Below are positions 1 through 8,715 of a stretch of DNA of 48,307 nucleotides, in pieces. Origin of the DNA: Phycisphaeraceae bacterium (lineage in GTDB: Bacteria > Planctomycetota > Phycisphaerae > Phycisphaerales > Phycisphaeraceae); contig JAJDCV010000282.1 of the NCBI GenBank assembly GCA_029260675.1, positions 1 to 48,307 on the forward strand, written 5' to 3'. How positions within the stretch are numbered: the stretch's first letter is position 1; every line of letters begins with the position of its first letter. The position numbers and the translations under genes were made by a program. The notes below the pieces were generated by a model, which did no database searches, was not told the origin of the DNA, and saw only the letters and a program-made list of their open reading frames with translations.

Positions 1-99
1 GTACGAGAGCGCCAATAACAAAAGCCCGACGCCGACGGCGAGCTGCCTGGTATTTGACTTGGGAAACGGCCCCTGATCGTGATGGCTTGGTTTAGGCAT
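1..99 (-). CDS. possible 5' end of the next operon gene, running off the window (MPKPSHHDQGPFPKSNTRQLAVGVGLLLLALSY...)
   Basis: ATG at 99-97 overlaps the ahbAB stop (ATGCCTAA). The frame is open to the window edge and ends in a hydrophobic stretch. Too short to identify. Confidence 0.35.
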   Translation of the reverse strand, partial: MPKPSHHDQGPFPKSNTRQLAVGVGLLLLALSY

Positions 100-1087
100 C
101 GGTGAAGTACTTGACGCGTTGTTTTTTGAATTCGGTGCTGCTGTAGAGCGTGCGTTCGCCGGTGACCCCGAAGGGGGCGAGGTCTTGTTTGATCCGGTCG
201 ATCACGGCCTGGCATTCTTCTTCGCTGCGTGCGTGGATCATGGTGTATAGGTTGTAGGGCCAGGCGTCCGAGCACGGGCGCTGGTAGCAGTGGCTGACCT
301 CGGGCGCATCGGCGGCGATCTTGCCGGCCTCTTCGATGTGCTGATCGGGGACGCGCCAGACGGCCATGCCGTTGGCGGTGAACCCGGCCTGGCGGTGGCG
401 CAGGATCGCGGCGAATCGGCGCATCACGCCGGCGTCCTGCATCTTCTTCATCCAGGCACACAGCTCGTCGAAACCAACGCCGGCTTCCTGGCAGGCCTGT
501 TCGAACGGCTGATCGACAAGCGGCAGGTCTTCCTGAAGGGCGCGGATATAGGCCTTGTCGGTTTCGGTCAGCTCGACGGGGTCTTTATGGCTTTGGTGTC
601 TGGGACGCGGCGCTGCCCCCGGTTTGCCGGGCTGGTCGCCGCCGACGTCAAGCTTTACGCCGATACGGAAGGTGCGGATGGTTGGTAGCGGCAGGTAGTC
701 TTCGAACTTTGCGTCCTTTGCCAGCTGCTTCATGTGCTCGTCCAGCGACTCGCCGGGCGGCACGGCCAGGGTGAACCATAGGTTGAACTCGGCGTCGCGG
801 CGGTAGTTGTGGCTGACGCCGGGGTGTTGGCTGACCACGTCCGCGGCCTCTTGTAAACGCTCCTCGGGCACGCGCGCCGCGGCAAGTGTGCCGGTGTAGC
901 CGAGCATCTTGGTGTCGAAGATCGCGGAGACCTGCCGGATGATCCCGGTGGCCTTGAGTGCTTTAACACGAACCAAGACCTCCTGGGCGGTCAAACCGAG
1001 TTCGTGACCCATCGCCTGCCAAGGCGAGTCGGACAAGGGGAAATCGAACTGCATGCGGTTAAGCAGTTGCTTGTCCAGTTCGTCCAT
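92..1087 (-). CDS. ahbAB: fused siroheme decarboxylase AhbA/AhbB (NirDL/NirGH-like, two Lrp/AsnC-like units)
   Basis: Two repeats: 'DKQLLNRMQFDFPL...HPGVSHNYRR...FNLWFT' and 'DKAYIRALQEDLPL...EVSHCYQRP...WPYNLYTMIH'. Start moved from the ORF-track 1315 to MDELDK at 1087, because the extension overlaps hemA. Confidence 0.9.
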   Translation of the reverse strand: MDELDKQLLNRMQFDFPLSDSPWQAMGHELGLTAQEVLVRVKALKATGIIRQVSAIFDTKMLGYTGTLAAARVPEERLQEAADVVSQHPGVSHNYRRDAEFNLWFTLAVPPGESLDEHMKQLAKDAKFEDYLPLPTIRTFRIGVKLDVGGDQPGKPGAAPRPRHQSHKDPVELTETDKAYIRALQEDLPLVDQPFEQACQEAGVGFDELCAWMKKMQDAGVMRRFAAILRHRQAGFTANGMAVWRVPDQHIEEAGKIAADAPEVSHCYQRPCSDAWPYNLYTMIHARSEEECQAVIDRIKQDLAPFGVTGERTLYSSTEFKKQRVKYFTDA

Positions 1088-1119
1088 GACGTGTTCGCGG
1101 GTTGGTTGAGTCGTCGGGG

Positions 1120-2412
1120 TCAATTCTGTTCTCCGGATGATCCGTTGCCGGCCTGCTTGCTTGCGATGTCGTGCAGTGTCTGTGCCAGTGTTTTCGAGAC
1201 ACCGGTGCCGCCGTGCTCTCGGAGTGTGGATACGCAGGGGTGCATGAACTTGTTGACCAGGCGTTGGGTTGCCTGGAGGATCGCGGCTCGCTGCTCGTCG
1301 GTCAAGCCGGAGCACGCGTTGAACAATTCTTCCAGCTCGTGGTCGTGAACGGCCTGGGCGTCCTGGTAGAGCTGCTGGATCATCGGTCGTGCCTGGCTGA
1401 CTGCCAGCCAGTGATCGAACTCATCGATCGATTCGTCGAGGATCTGCTCGCATCGCCCGACCTGGTTCATGCGGTGTTGTTGATTCTCGGCGACGATGCG
1501 GCCCAGCTCGTCGATGTCGTAGAGGTAGACGCTGCCGTACTCGCCGACCGCGGGGTCGACGTTGCGCGGTACGGCCAGGTCGATCAGGAAGATCGGGCGT
1601 CGGCGTCGTTGCTTCTGGATGGCTTCGATGCGCTGTGTCGTGATGATCGGGCGTGGGCAACGGGTCGCGGCGACGACGATGTCGGCGTTGGCGAGCTGTT
1701 CGTCGAGTTGGTCGTAGGGTACGGCCGAACCGTTGCAGGCCTCGGCGAGCACGCGGGCGTTGTTCAGCGTCCGGCTGGTGATGGTGAAGTTGTGGGCGTC
1801 GGCCTTGCGCAGGTGCTGGCAGACGAGCTGGGCCATCTCGCCGGCGCCGATCACCAGCACGTGCTTGTCGGCAAAGTCGCTGAAGATACTCCGGGCGACG
1901 TCCACGGCGACGGAGGGCACGGAGACCTTGCGTCGTCCGATCTCGGTCTCGCTGTGTACGCGTTTGGCGGTGTTGAACGCCTGGTGGAACAGGCGGTTGA
2001 GGTGTCGGCCTGTGGTGCCCTGCTCGCTGGCCTGGGCGAAGGCGGCCTTGACCTGCCCGACGATCTGGTTTTCACCGACGACCATCGAGTCCAGACTCGA
2101 CGCGACACGGAAAAGGTGGCGCACCGCCTGCTCGTCCTTGAGCCGGTAGAGATGTTGTTTAAAGGATCGCACCGGCAGATCGCGGGCCTGGGCCAGGAAC
2201 GAGATGATCTCGTTCTCCGTGGGGTGGTCCTGCTCGGTCGCGATCAGGACCTCGACACGGTTGCAGGTCGAGAGGATCGCCGCCTCACAGCCGGGGTACT
2301 GGTTGCGCAGCAACATCAGCGCGGTGGATACGCCCTCGGCACTGAAGGCGAGCTGCTCGCGCACCTCGACGGGCGCGGTGCGGTGGTTCAAGCCGATCAA
2401 CATAATCGTCAT
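1120..2412 (-). CDS. hemA: glutamyl-tRNA reductase
   Basis: GLNHRTAPVEVRE, catalytic LSTCNRVE, SLDSMVVGENQIVGQVK, Rossmann IGAGEM, IDLAVPRNVD. Confidence 0.97.
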   Translation of the reverse strand: MTIMLIGLNHRTAPVEVREQLAFSAEGVSTALMLLRNQYPGCEAAILSTCNRVEVLIATEQDHPTENEIISFLAQARDLPVRSFKQHLYRLKDEQAVRHLFRVASSLDSMVVGENQIVGQVKAAFAQASEQGTTGRHLNRLFHQAFNTAKRVHSETEIGRRKVSVPSVAVDVARSIFSDFADKHVLVIGAGEMAQLVCQHLRKADAHNFTITSRTLNNARVLAEACNGSAVPYDQLDEQLANADIVVAATRCPRPIITTQRIEAIQKQRRRRPIFLIDLAVPRNVDPAVGEYGSVYLYDIDELGRIVAENQQHRMNQVGRCEQILDESIDEFDHWLAVSQARPMIQQLYQDAQAVHDHELEELFNACSGLTDEQRAAILQATQRLVNKFMHPCVSTLREHGGTGVSKTLAQTLHDIASKQAGNGSSGEQN

Positions 2413-2588
2413 GACGGGTCACTCCCCCCCCGATTAGACCCAGGATTGCCCTGTGGATATTTACCTGCGTTGTCTTGGTTATCGTTCGTTTTCTGCCGAC
2501 GGGCCGACAGCCATAAGGTCGCGGCATAACCCCACAGCAACAGGATCGTGACGGCGTAGGCGGCGACGGCGTGGGTGGTCGCGCTCAT
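2409..2588 (-). CDS. ccmD: small single-TM heme exporter protein CcmD-like (59 aa; absent from the ORF track)
   Basis: Manual translation: MSATTHAVAAYAVTILLLWGYAATLWLSARRQKTNDNQDNAGKYPQGNPGSNRGGSDPS. It follows ccmC directly, has ATGA overlaps with both ccmC and hemA, and shows an 'AAY' + TM helix + basic tail pattern. Confidence 0.75.
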   Translation of the reverse strand: MSATTHAVAAYAVTILLLWGYAATLWLSARRQKTNDNQDNAGKYPQGNPGSNRGGSDPS

Positions 2589-3289
2589 GTGAGTCCTCCC
2601 GCGGGGCGGACCGGGATCACATCTAGCGACGGGTCGTCCGCTTCCTGCATGGATAAGGTTTCAGCCCGTTGCAGGTGGAACCGCGCCGCGATCAGGCCGG
2701 CCGCCAGCATCGTCACCGGCACGAAGCAGGACAGCAGTGTCAATTTCATCTCAGGCGCCAGCGCGATCGACGATGGGTGGATGTCGGGCATCAGCTTGAC
2801 CGACAGATAAACCAACGGCACATCCAGGAAAGCCACAACCCCGTACACGGAGCTGACCAGCGCCCTTCGTTGGCGCGACTCGATCGACGGGCGGATCACC
2901 AGGTAGGCGACGTAGAGCAGCCACAGCACGAGACTGAAAGTGAGCCTCGGGCTCCAGGTCCACCACTGTCCCCAGGCGCTGTGTCCCCAGATCATCCCGG
3001 TCAGCAGGACGATGCTGCACAGCAGCACCGCAACTTTCGCCGAGGACGCAGCCAGGTCGTCCCAGACCTGACGCCGCTGCCAGAGGTACCCGATGCTGGC
3101 GATGAACGTGACCATACACGCCAGGAAGGTGTTAATCGCCACCGGCATGTGCAGGTAGAAGACTTTCTGCACCGTGCCCATCGTCGCCTCGGTCGGCGTC
3201 CAGGCGAAGACCATCGCGACCGCCGCGGCAAACATTGCCGCCGTTGCCAGCCAGTACGCGGTCCAGATTTTCTTTTTCAGCGTATTCAT
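2585..3289 (-). CDS. ccmC: heme exporter CcmC (cytochrome c maturation)
   Basis: 'VFYLHMP' His, Trp-rich WGHSAWGQWWTWSPRLT, C-terminal 'IHP' His; follows ccmB. Confidence 0.93.
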   Translation of the reverse strand: MNTLKKKIWTAYWLATAAMFAAAVAMVFAWTPTEATMGTVQKVFYLHMPVAINTFLACMVTFIASIGYLWQRRQVWDDLAASSAKVAVLLCSIVLLTGMIWGHSAWGQWWTWSPRLTFSLVLWLLYVAYLVIRPSIESRQRRALVSSVYGVVAFLDVPLVYLSVKLMPDIHPSSIALAPEMKLTLLSCFVPVTMLAAGLIAARFHLQRAETLSMQEADDPSLDVIPVRPAGGLT

Positions 3290-3298
3290 GGGCCGCCT

Positions 3299-3976
3299 TT
3301 ATGGTTCTAGGATCAGCTCAAATACCAGCCAGCTCACGACCAGGTAGACCGCGTCGAACGCGATCAACACCGTCAGGCCCACCGAGCCCAGGGGTTCGCC
3401 CTCGCCGAAGAGCCGCGCCATCATCTGGGTCGATGCGATCACCAGCGGCAGCGACAATGGGAACACGACCATCGCCAGCAGGCCGCCCTGCAATCGGGTC
3501 GAACTCACCGCCGCGGCGAAGAGTGTCCCGACCGCTGCGAACCCGACGAAACCCCCCGCCATGATCGCGGCGAAACCGAAAGGCGAAGCCGACAGGTCGA
3601 AGCCGAACATCACGACCGCGACCGGCGTGACGACCAACGCCAGCGCCACCATCAGCGCCAGGTTGCTTATAAGTTTGCCGGCGTAGATCACGCCCCGGTC
3701 GATCGGAGCCAGCATCAGCCCGGCCAGCGCCCCGTCGTGACGCTCGACCGCCATGGTTTTTTCAAAGCACAACACCCCGCCGAACAGGTACGCGACCCAG
3801 AGTACGGCCGTGGCCGCCATCCCCGACGCGACCTGCTGCGGGCCGAGCCCAAGACCCAGCACCACGACGATCAGCACGCCCAGCACCACGACCAGCCCAA
3901 GGGTCTGTCGGCTGCGCGCCTCGATGCGCAGGTCCTTGCCGCTGACTAATGCGATCTGTCGCAGCACCTTGGTCAT
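3299..3976 (-). CDS. ccmB: heme exporter permease CcmB
   Basis: KDLRIEARSR, ERHDGAL, FPLSLPLVI; about 6 TM helices; located between ccmA and ccmC. Confidence 0.93.
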   Translation of the reverse strand: MTKVLRQIALVSGKDLRIEARSRQTLGLVVVLGVLIVVVLGLGLGPQQVASGMAATAVLWVAYLFGGVLCFEKTMAVERHDGALAGLMLAPIDRGVIYAGKLISNLALMVALALVVTPVAVVMFGFDLSASPFGFAAIMAGGFVGFAAVGTLFAAAVSSTRLQGGLLAMVVFPLSLPLVIASTQMMARLFGEGEPLGSVGLTVLIAFDAVYLVVSWLVFELILEP

Positions 3977-4725
3977 CCGATCACCTCCCGCGTGACTTCC
4001 TCGGCATCGGCGTCGAGTACCGGCCGATCCGAGACGACGCCACCCTGACGCAGTACCACGACGCGCTGCGCCAATTCCAGGCTCTGGCGGACGTCGTGGT
4101 TGGTCAGGATCACGGTCTTGCCGTCGGCGTGCAGTTCGGACAGCAGAGCCGACACCGCCCGGACCGATGGCACGTCGAGTCCCGAGAAAGGCTCGTCGGC
4201 CAGCAGCAGTTCGGGCGCGTGCATCAGCGCCCGCGCGATCGACAAGCGTTGGGTCATCCCCCGGCTGAATGTCTTGACGACGCTCTGAGCGCGGTCGGCC
4301 AACCCGACACGCTCAAGCATGTCCAAGGCCCGTTGCTTGGGGCGCGACACGTCGTAGAGTTTCCCGAAGAAGATCAGGTTCTCGGCCGCCGAGAGGTCGC
4401 GGTAGAGCATCGGCTGGTGCCCGATCATGCCGAGCCTGGCCCGCAGCGCGGGGCTGGGACGTGCCGCCGATTCACCGAACAGGCACAACCCGCCGCGGGT
4501 CGCCGGGCTTAGCATCGCCAGCGTGTGCAGCAGCGTGCTCTTGCCCGCGCCGTTGGCGCCCAACAGCGCCAGGTACGAACCCATCGGCACGTCCAGGGTG
4601 ATATCACGCAGCACCCACCGCTCATCGTAGCGCTTGCTCAATCTGCGCATCGCCACCGCCGGGCTTGCCGTGCCGGGTACGGCATCGGCGAGAGGCATGA
4701 TGGATTCGGCGGTGATCGCTGTCAC
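3973..4725 (-). CDS. ccmA: heme ABC exporter ATP-binding protein CcmA
   Basis: Walker A GANGAGKS, signature FSRGMTQR, Walker B LLLADEP; GTG start with an AAGGAAGG RBS. Confidence 0.9.
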   Translation of the reverse strand: MTAITAESIMPLADAVPGTASPAVAMRRLSKRYDERWVLRDITLDVPMGSYLALLGANGAGKSTLLHTLAMLSPATRGGLCLFGESAARPSPALRARLGMIGHQPMLYRDLSAAENLIFFGKLYDVSRPKQRALDMLERVGLADRAQSVVKTFSRGMTQRLSIARALMHAPELLLADEPFSGLDVPSVRAVSALLSELHADGKTVILTNHDVRQSLELAQRVVVLRQGGVVSDRPVLDADAEEVTREVIG

Positions 4726-4750
4726 GTCGGCCTTCCTTGCGTTCTATGGT

Positions 4751-6025
4751 TTACGCAGCCGCGCTACTTGGCCCGCTTTTTTTCTTCGGCTTCAGCATCA
4801 CGAAAGTCCCGGCAAACACGAGCAGCACCGCGCCTCCACCGGCGATCAGTTTGATCATCACGGCCTGTGATGCGGGGGCGGCGGCACCGTGCACGGCTTC
4901 ATCGGGTGGTGCGTCGGGGGCCTGGATCACCAGACTCGTTGACGTGCCGGGCTGGACCTGCTTGGCGCTGTACATCCGGAACGTCTTCTCGCCTGCCTCG
5001 AACGGCGCCGCGGTCTCCAGGCCCTGCGCGGTGACTTCCAAGCCGTTGTCCGGCAGGATGACCATCAGGTGGTCGATCGCCGCGGGGTTTGCCAGCGCCA
5101 GGTTAAACAGGCCGTCTTCGGGCAACAGCATGTAGTCCACACGGAACTCGGTGGTGCCAGGCAGCAGTGGCATCGAATTAAGGATCTGGCCGCCTTGAAG
5201 CTCGAAGCCGCCGGTGTGGAATCCTTGCCCGGGCTGGACATTGTTCGCACCGACCGGGATCGGTAGCGCGAGGGTGGTACGGCCCGTGTTATGCGGATGG
5301 TCGTGTTTAGTTTCGTCATCCTGTACCGAAGCAAGCTCGTTGGCCACACCGATGTAGCTGCGGTCTGTCGGGTTGTTGATGGACCAGATCTCGGTGAGGT
5401 GCAGGTGCTGGTCAATCTGATTAGCCATCACGTGGCGCATCGCGATCCGCCATTGCGGTGCGGTGTCGGTTGTCTCGTAGACCTTCAGACTGATCAGTTG
5501 CTCGGGGTCATTGGGCCCCATCGGACGGCCGACGGATTCATAAGTCACGCCGGCGTATTCGATGATGGCCACCGGCTGCACCGGGGGGTCTAGCGGGATG
5601 CCCGTGATGACGGCCGTACCTTTGGCGTCCAGGTGGATGGTCAACTTCTTTAGCAGACCACTTCCCTGGTAAATATTGACGACCGCCTGACCGCCCGCGA
5701 TTGCCGGGCCGTCCTGTGTGCCTTGGACAGCTTTGATCATCAGCGACCCGGTGGTGATGCCCCCCGGGGTCTGTGCTGGGATCTGCGGATGATCTGCGGG
5801 CAACGGCGGATGGCCTTGCGGTAATTCGGGCTGATCTTGAGGCAGTTCGGGGTGGCCCTGGGGCAACGGCGGATGGCCCTGGGGGAGCGACCCGCCGTCC
5901 GGCTGCGTGGCCGGGGCGGCTTGCGCCTGCTCGGCCGGCTGCGTGTCTTGTGCGGACAGTGGGGTCGTCGCGTTGAAGATCGACACCGCGACGATCATGG
6001 CTGTCATGCAAATCAGGCGTTTCAT
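4751..6025 (-). CDS. exported, C-terminally membrane-anchored protein with His-Pro repeats inside the ccm operon
   Basis: Start MKRLIC at 6025 (GGAGG RBS, ATGA overlap with ccmF). Signal peptide, beta-rich periplasmic body, C-terminal TM followed by a KPKKK stop-transfer. Confidence 0.8.
   Translation of the reverse strand: MKRLICMTAMIVAVSIFNATTPLSAQDTQPAEQAQAAPATQPDGGSLPQGHPPLPQGHPELPQDQPELPQGHPPLPADHPQIPAQTPGGITTGSLMIKAVQGTQDGPAIAGGQAVVNIYQGSGLLKKLTIHLDAKGTAVITGIPLDPPVQPVAIIEYAGVTYESVGRPMGPNDPEQLISLKVYETTDTAPQWRIAMRHVMANQIDQHLHLTEIWSINNPTDRSYIGVANELASVQDDETKHDHPHNTGRTTLALPIPVGANNVQPGQGFHTGGFELQGGQILNSMPLLPGTTEFRVDYMLLPEDGLFNLALANPAAIDHLMVILPDNGLEVTAQGLETAAPFEAGEKTFRMYSAKQVQPGTSTSLVIQAPDAPPDEAVHGAAAPASQAVMIKLIAGGGAVLLVFAGTFVMLKPKKKSGPSSAAA
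5783..5887 (-). repeat. 5 x 21-nt coding tandem repeat (LPQGHPP/LPQGHPE/LPQDQPE/LPQGHPP/LPADHPQ)
   Basis: Heptapeptide repeat read directly in the translation; degenerate at the DNA level. Confidence 0.85.
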
Positions 6026-8130
6026 TTCGATGCCTCCGCGTATAGCTCGGTGCTTGTTGTCTGGGTTTGTGATGCGCATTGACCCTCACCGGCCAGCGCC
6101 AGGGGGATCGTGCCCGGGGCGTGCGCGTGAGGATTGTGTTTCGGCGACTTGGTCGGGTCGTGGGCGACGGCGGTAGCCTTGATCAGCTTCGGCATCAGGC
6201 AGAAGACCGCGCCCAGGCTCATGACGATCCCGCCGACCCATATCCACGCGACCAGAGGATTGATGATCACTTGGATGGCCACGAGCTGGCCGTCGTTTTC
6301 CCAGCCGGCGAGTGTCACATAAGAGTCTTGCTTCAACGATGAGTTTAGAGCGACCTGCGCGCTGGGCTGCTCGGACTTGTCGTAGAACCGCATCTCCGGA
6401 TGAAGTTTCTGCCCGGCGTCCCCGGGGCCGGCGTCCGGCGGGGTCAGTGTGACATGCGCTTCAACCGACGTGTAATTGACTTTACGGGACTGTTTCAGCT
6501 CGCCGAAGGTGATGGTGTACCCGTTGAAGTCGGCTGAGGCACCCGGCGCGAGTTGGAAGGTGTGCTTGGTGCCAAACAGGCTCGACCCGGCAACCCCGAC
6601 CATGAGCATGACTACGCCCATGTGTACGAACTGCCCGCCGTAACGGCGGTGGTTGGCGTCGATGACACACATCGCCGCGGTCAACCACCGCTCGTCCTCG
6701 ATCTTCCGACGCTGCCGGACGGTCCGGGTCAACCCGACGCCGACACTGCACACCGCGACGGCCGTGATGGCGGTGCAGGCCAGCGCCCAGGGATTGGTCA
6801 TGCCAAAAACCATGGCCGCGATCACGGCAACGATCGCCGCGATGCCCGGCACAATCAGGCCCCGGATCAGCTGCCGTCCCGCGCCCTGGCCGTAACTCAG
6901 CAACGGCCCGACCGACATCACCGCGATCAGGGCCAGCGCCAGCGGGATCACGACCTTGTTGTAGAACTCGGCGCCGACTGTCACCGGCTGGGGCATCACC
7001 ACGCCGCTGATCAGCGGGAAGATCGTCCCGACTAAGGTGGCAAGCGTCATCAGCACCAGCAGCACGTTCAGCGCGAGGAATGCGCCCTCGCGAGTCAGCA
7101 TCCCCGCGATGGTGTCTTCACTCTTAATCAACCGGCGGCGGGCGACGACAACGACGATGCTCAGCAACACGCACACGCCCAGGAACACCAGGAAGAACGT
7201 CCCGATCACCGACTCACCAAACGAATGCACCGATTGCACGACGCCGCTGCGTGTCAGGTAGGTCCCGAAGATGCACAGCAGGAAGGTGCAGGAGATCAGC
7301 GCCGCGTTCCAGACCTTGAACATCCCCCGGTGCTGCTGGACCATCACCGAGTGAAGCAGCGCGGTCCCGGTCAGCCAGGGCAGCAGCGAGGCGTTTTCAA
7401 CCGGGTCCCAGGCCCAGTACCCGCCCCAGCCCAATTCGATGTACGCCCACTTGGCGCCGAGGATGATCCCGACGGTCAGGAAAAGCCAGGACACCATCAG
7501 CCAACTGCGTGTCGCGCCGATCCACTGGTTGTCTTTACGCCCGGCGATCAGTGCCGCCAGCAGCATCGCCCAGGGGATCGTGTACCCGGCATACCCGACA
7601 AACAGCAACGGCGGGTGCGCGATCATGTAGGGGTCTTGCAGCAGCGGGTTCAGCCCGTGGCCGTCGACCGCCTGTGCCGGCAGTTGCACGAACGGGTTGG
7701 CGGCGAACAGCATCAGGGCCGCGAAGAACCCGCATACCAATGCCAACACGCCGAGCATCGCGGCCTGCTCCGTGCGCTCACGGTTTCTAAACCCGTGCGC
7801 CGCGACCGCGGCCATCCCCGCCAGCAGCAGGGTCCAGAGCATCAGGCTGCCTTCCTGCCCGGCCCAGAAGGCGGCGACCTTGTAGCCCATCGGCAACGCA
7901 CGTTCGGTGTAGCTGGCGACGTAGGCGTTCTGGAAGTCGCTGTTGATCAACGCCGACAGCAGCGCCCAGGACCCGGCCACGATCGCCAGGCCAAGAACGT
8001 AGTGCAGCCAACGCGCCAAAGTAAGCATCTTGTCGTTGCCGAACTTCGCCGCCGCGACTGATGTGAACAACGCCCCCGCCGCCGCAAGCACCGCAATCGC
8101 CAGACTCAGGTTTCCGATCAGGGCGTTCAT
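6022..8130 (-). CDS. ccmF: cytochrome c heme lyase CcmF
   Basis: FWAGQEGSL, GLNPLLQ, HPPLL, WGGYWAWDPVENASL, TRSGVVQSVHSF. Start moved to MNALIG at 8130 (ATGA overlap with ccmE). Confidence 0.96.
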   Translation of the reverse strand: MNALIGNLSLAIAVLAAAGALFTSVAAAKFGNDKMLTLARWLHYVLGLAIVAGSWALLSALINSDFQNAYVASYTERALPMGYKVAAFWAGQEGSLMLWTLLLAGMAAVAAHGFRNRERTEQAAMLGVLALVCGFFAALMLFAANPFVQLPAQAVDGHGLNPLLQDPYMIAHPPLLFVGYAGYTIPWAMLLAALIAGRKDNQWIGATRSWLMVSWLFLTVGIILGAKWAYIELGWGGYWAWDPVENASLLPWLTGTALLHSVMVQQHRGMFKVWNAALISCTFLLCIFGTYLTRSGVVQSVHSFGESVIGTFFLVFLGVCVLLSIVVVVARRRLIKSEDTIAGMLTREGAFLALNVLLVLMTLATLVGTIFPLISGVVMPQPVTVGAEFYNKVVIPLALALIAVMSVGPLLSYGQGAGRQLIRGLIVPGIAAIVAVIAAMVFGMTNPWALACTAITAVAVCSVGVGLTRTVRQRRKIEDERWLTAAMCVIDANHRRYGGQFVHMGVVMLMVGVAGSSLFGTKHTFQLAPGASADFNGYTITFGELKQSRKVNYTSVEAHVTLTPPDAGPGDAGQKLHPEMRFYDKSEQPSAQVALNSSLKQDSYVTLAGWENDGQLVAIQVIINPLVAWIWVGGIVMSLGAVFCLMPKLIKATAVAHDPTKSPKHNPHAHAPGTIPLALAGEGQCASQTQTTSTELYAEASK

Positions 8131-8543
8131 TGGGATGCCTCCAACCGCTTGGCGTGTTCTTCGGACTGGTACTTGCTGGCACACTTGGTCATCAGGGTGT
8201 CTGCCTGGAAGACGCCGGCCTCGTCGAGCTTGCCCTCGACCATCACCTCGCCGCCGGGCTTGAAGGTGTCGGGGACGACGCCCTGGTAATGCACGGAGAC
8301 GCGGTTGCTCTCGCCGTGCAGGTCGAACTTCGCGGTCAACATGGCCGGGGCAACATCGACATTCTCCTGATCGACGAGCCCAAACAGCCTGACCCGCCGG
8401 TCCTGGTAGGCCGTGTCCTGCACGAAATCATCCACGTGCAGGTAGTAAACCCAGCCGCTCTTGACCCCCGCCACCGCCAGGTAGCCCACGGAGGCGATCA
8501 GGACCATACCGGCGATCAACATCTTGATACGTACATGTGTCAT
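8127..8543 (-). CDS. ccmE: heme chaperone CcmE, CxxxY (System I*) type
   Basis: N-terminal TM, YQGVVPDTFKPG, VEGKL, LMTKCASKY. Start moved to MTHVRIK at 8543. Confidence 0.93.
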   Translation of the reverse strand: MTHVRIKMLIAGMVLIASVGYLAVAGVKSGWVYYLHVDDFVQDTAYQDRRVRLFGLVDQENVDVAPAMLTAKFDLHGESNRVSVHYQGVVPDTFKPGGEVMVEGKLDEAGVFQADTLMTKCASKYQSEEHAKRLEASQ

Positions 8544-8582
8544 AAGCCCGTCCCTTTTACACAGCGCGTCGGGATACCTCAC

Positions 8583-8597
8583 ACAAAGCAAGTGCCA
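8583..8597 (-). promoter_or_regulatory. putative sigma54 promoter for ccmE-F-x-A-B-C-D-hemA-ahbAB (imperfect -12)
   Basis: TGGCACTTGCTTTGT has a perfect -24 TGGCAC, but GT replaces GC at -12; about 40 bp upstream of the ccmE start. Confidence 0.5.
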
Positions 8598-8699
8598 AAC
8601 CACGATCACTGTTGGCACCGATGGACGATTCATAATTATCATAAAATCAAGCATTTACAAGCTATATTGGGTTTGTGTCTCCGGCCGGGGCCCCGGCAA

Positions 8700-8715
8700 C
8701 TCTCAACTTTGAGAA
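8700..8715. promoter_or_regulatory. palindromic candidate activator site CTCTCA-ACTT-TGAGAA
   Basis: One mismatch to TTCTCA-N4-TGAGAA, which recurs near other island promoters. Confidence 0.6.

Noticed and set aside
1088..1315. ORF-track N-terminal extensions (ahbAB, the 4751 gene, ccmF, ccmE, NHL 13100, omcE-like, ahbC, HGSNAT, DUF4832)
   Set aside because: They overlap neighbours or promoters; downstream starts have an RBS, an ATGA overlap or a proper signal peptide.
1171..2529. Long antisense or alternate-frame ORFs (also 13465-14604, 22288-23505, 23905-25182, 27826-28968, 38428-39708)
   Set aside because: Shadow ORFs of well-supported genes in GC-rich DNA, with no recognisable motifs.
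8612..8628. TTGGCACCGATGGACG as a plus-strand sigma54 promoter for the hexaheme gene
   Set aside because: No GC at -12, and it is about 600 bp from the gene.
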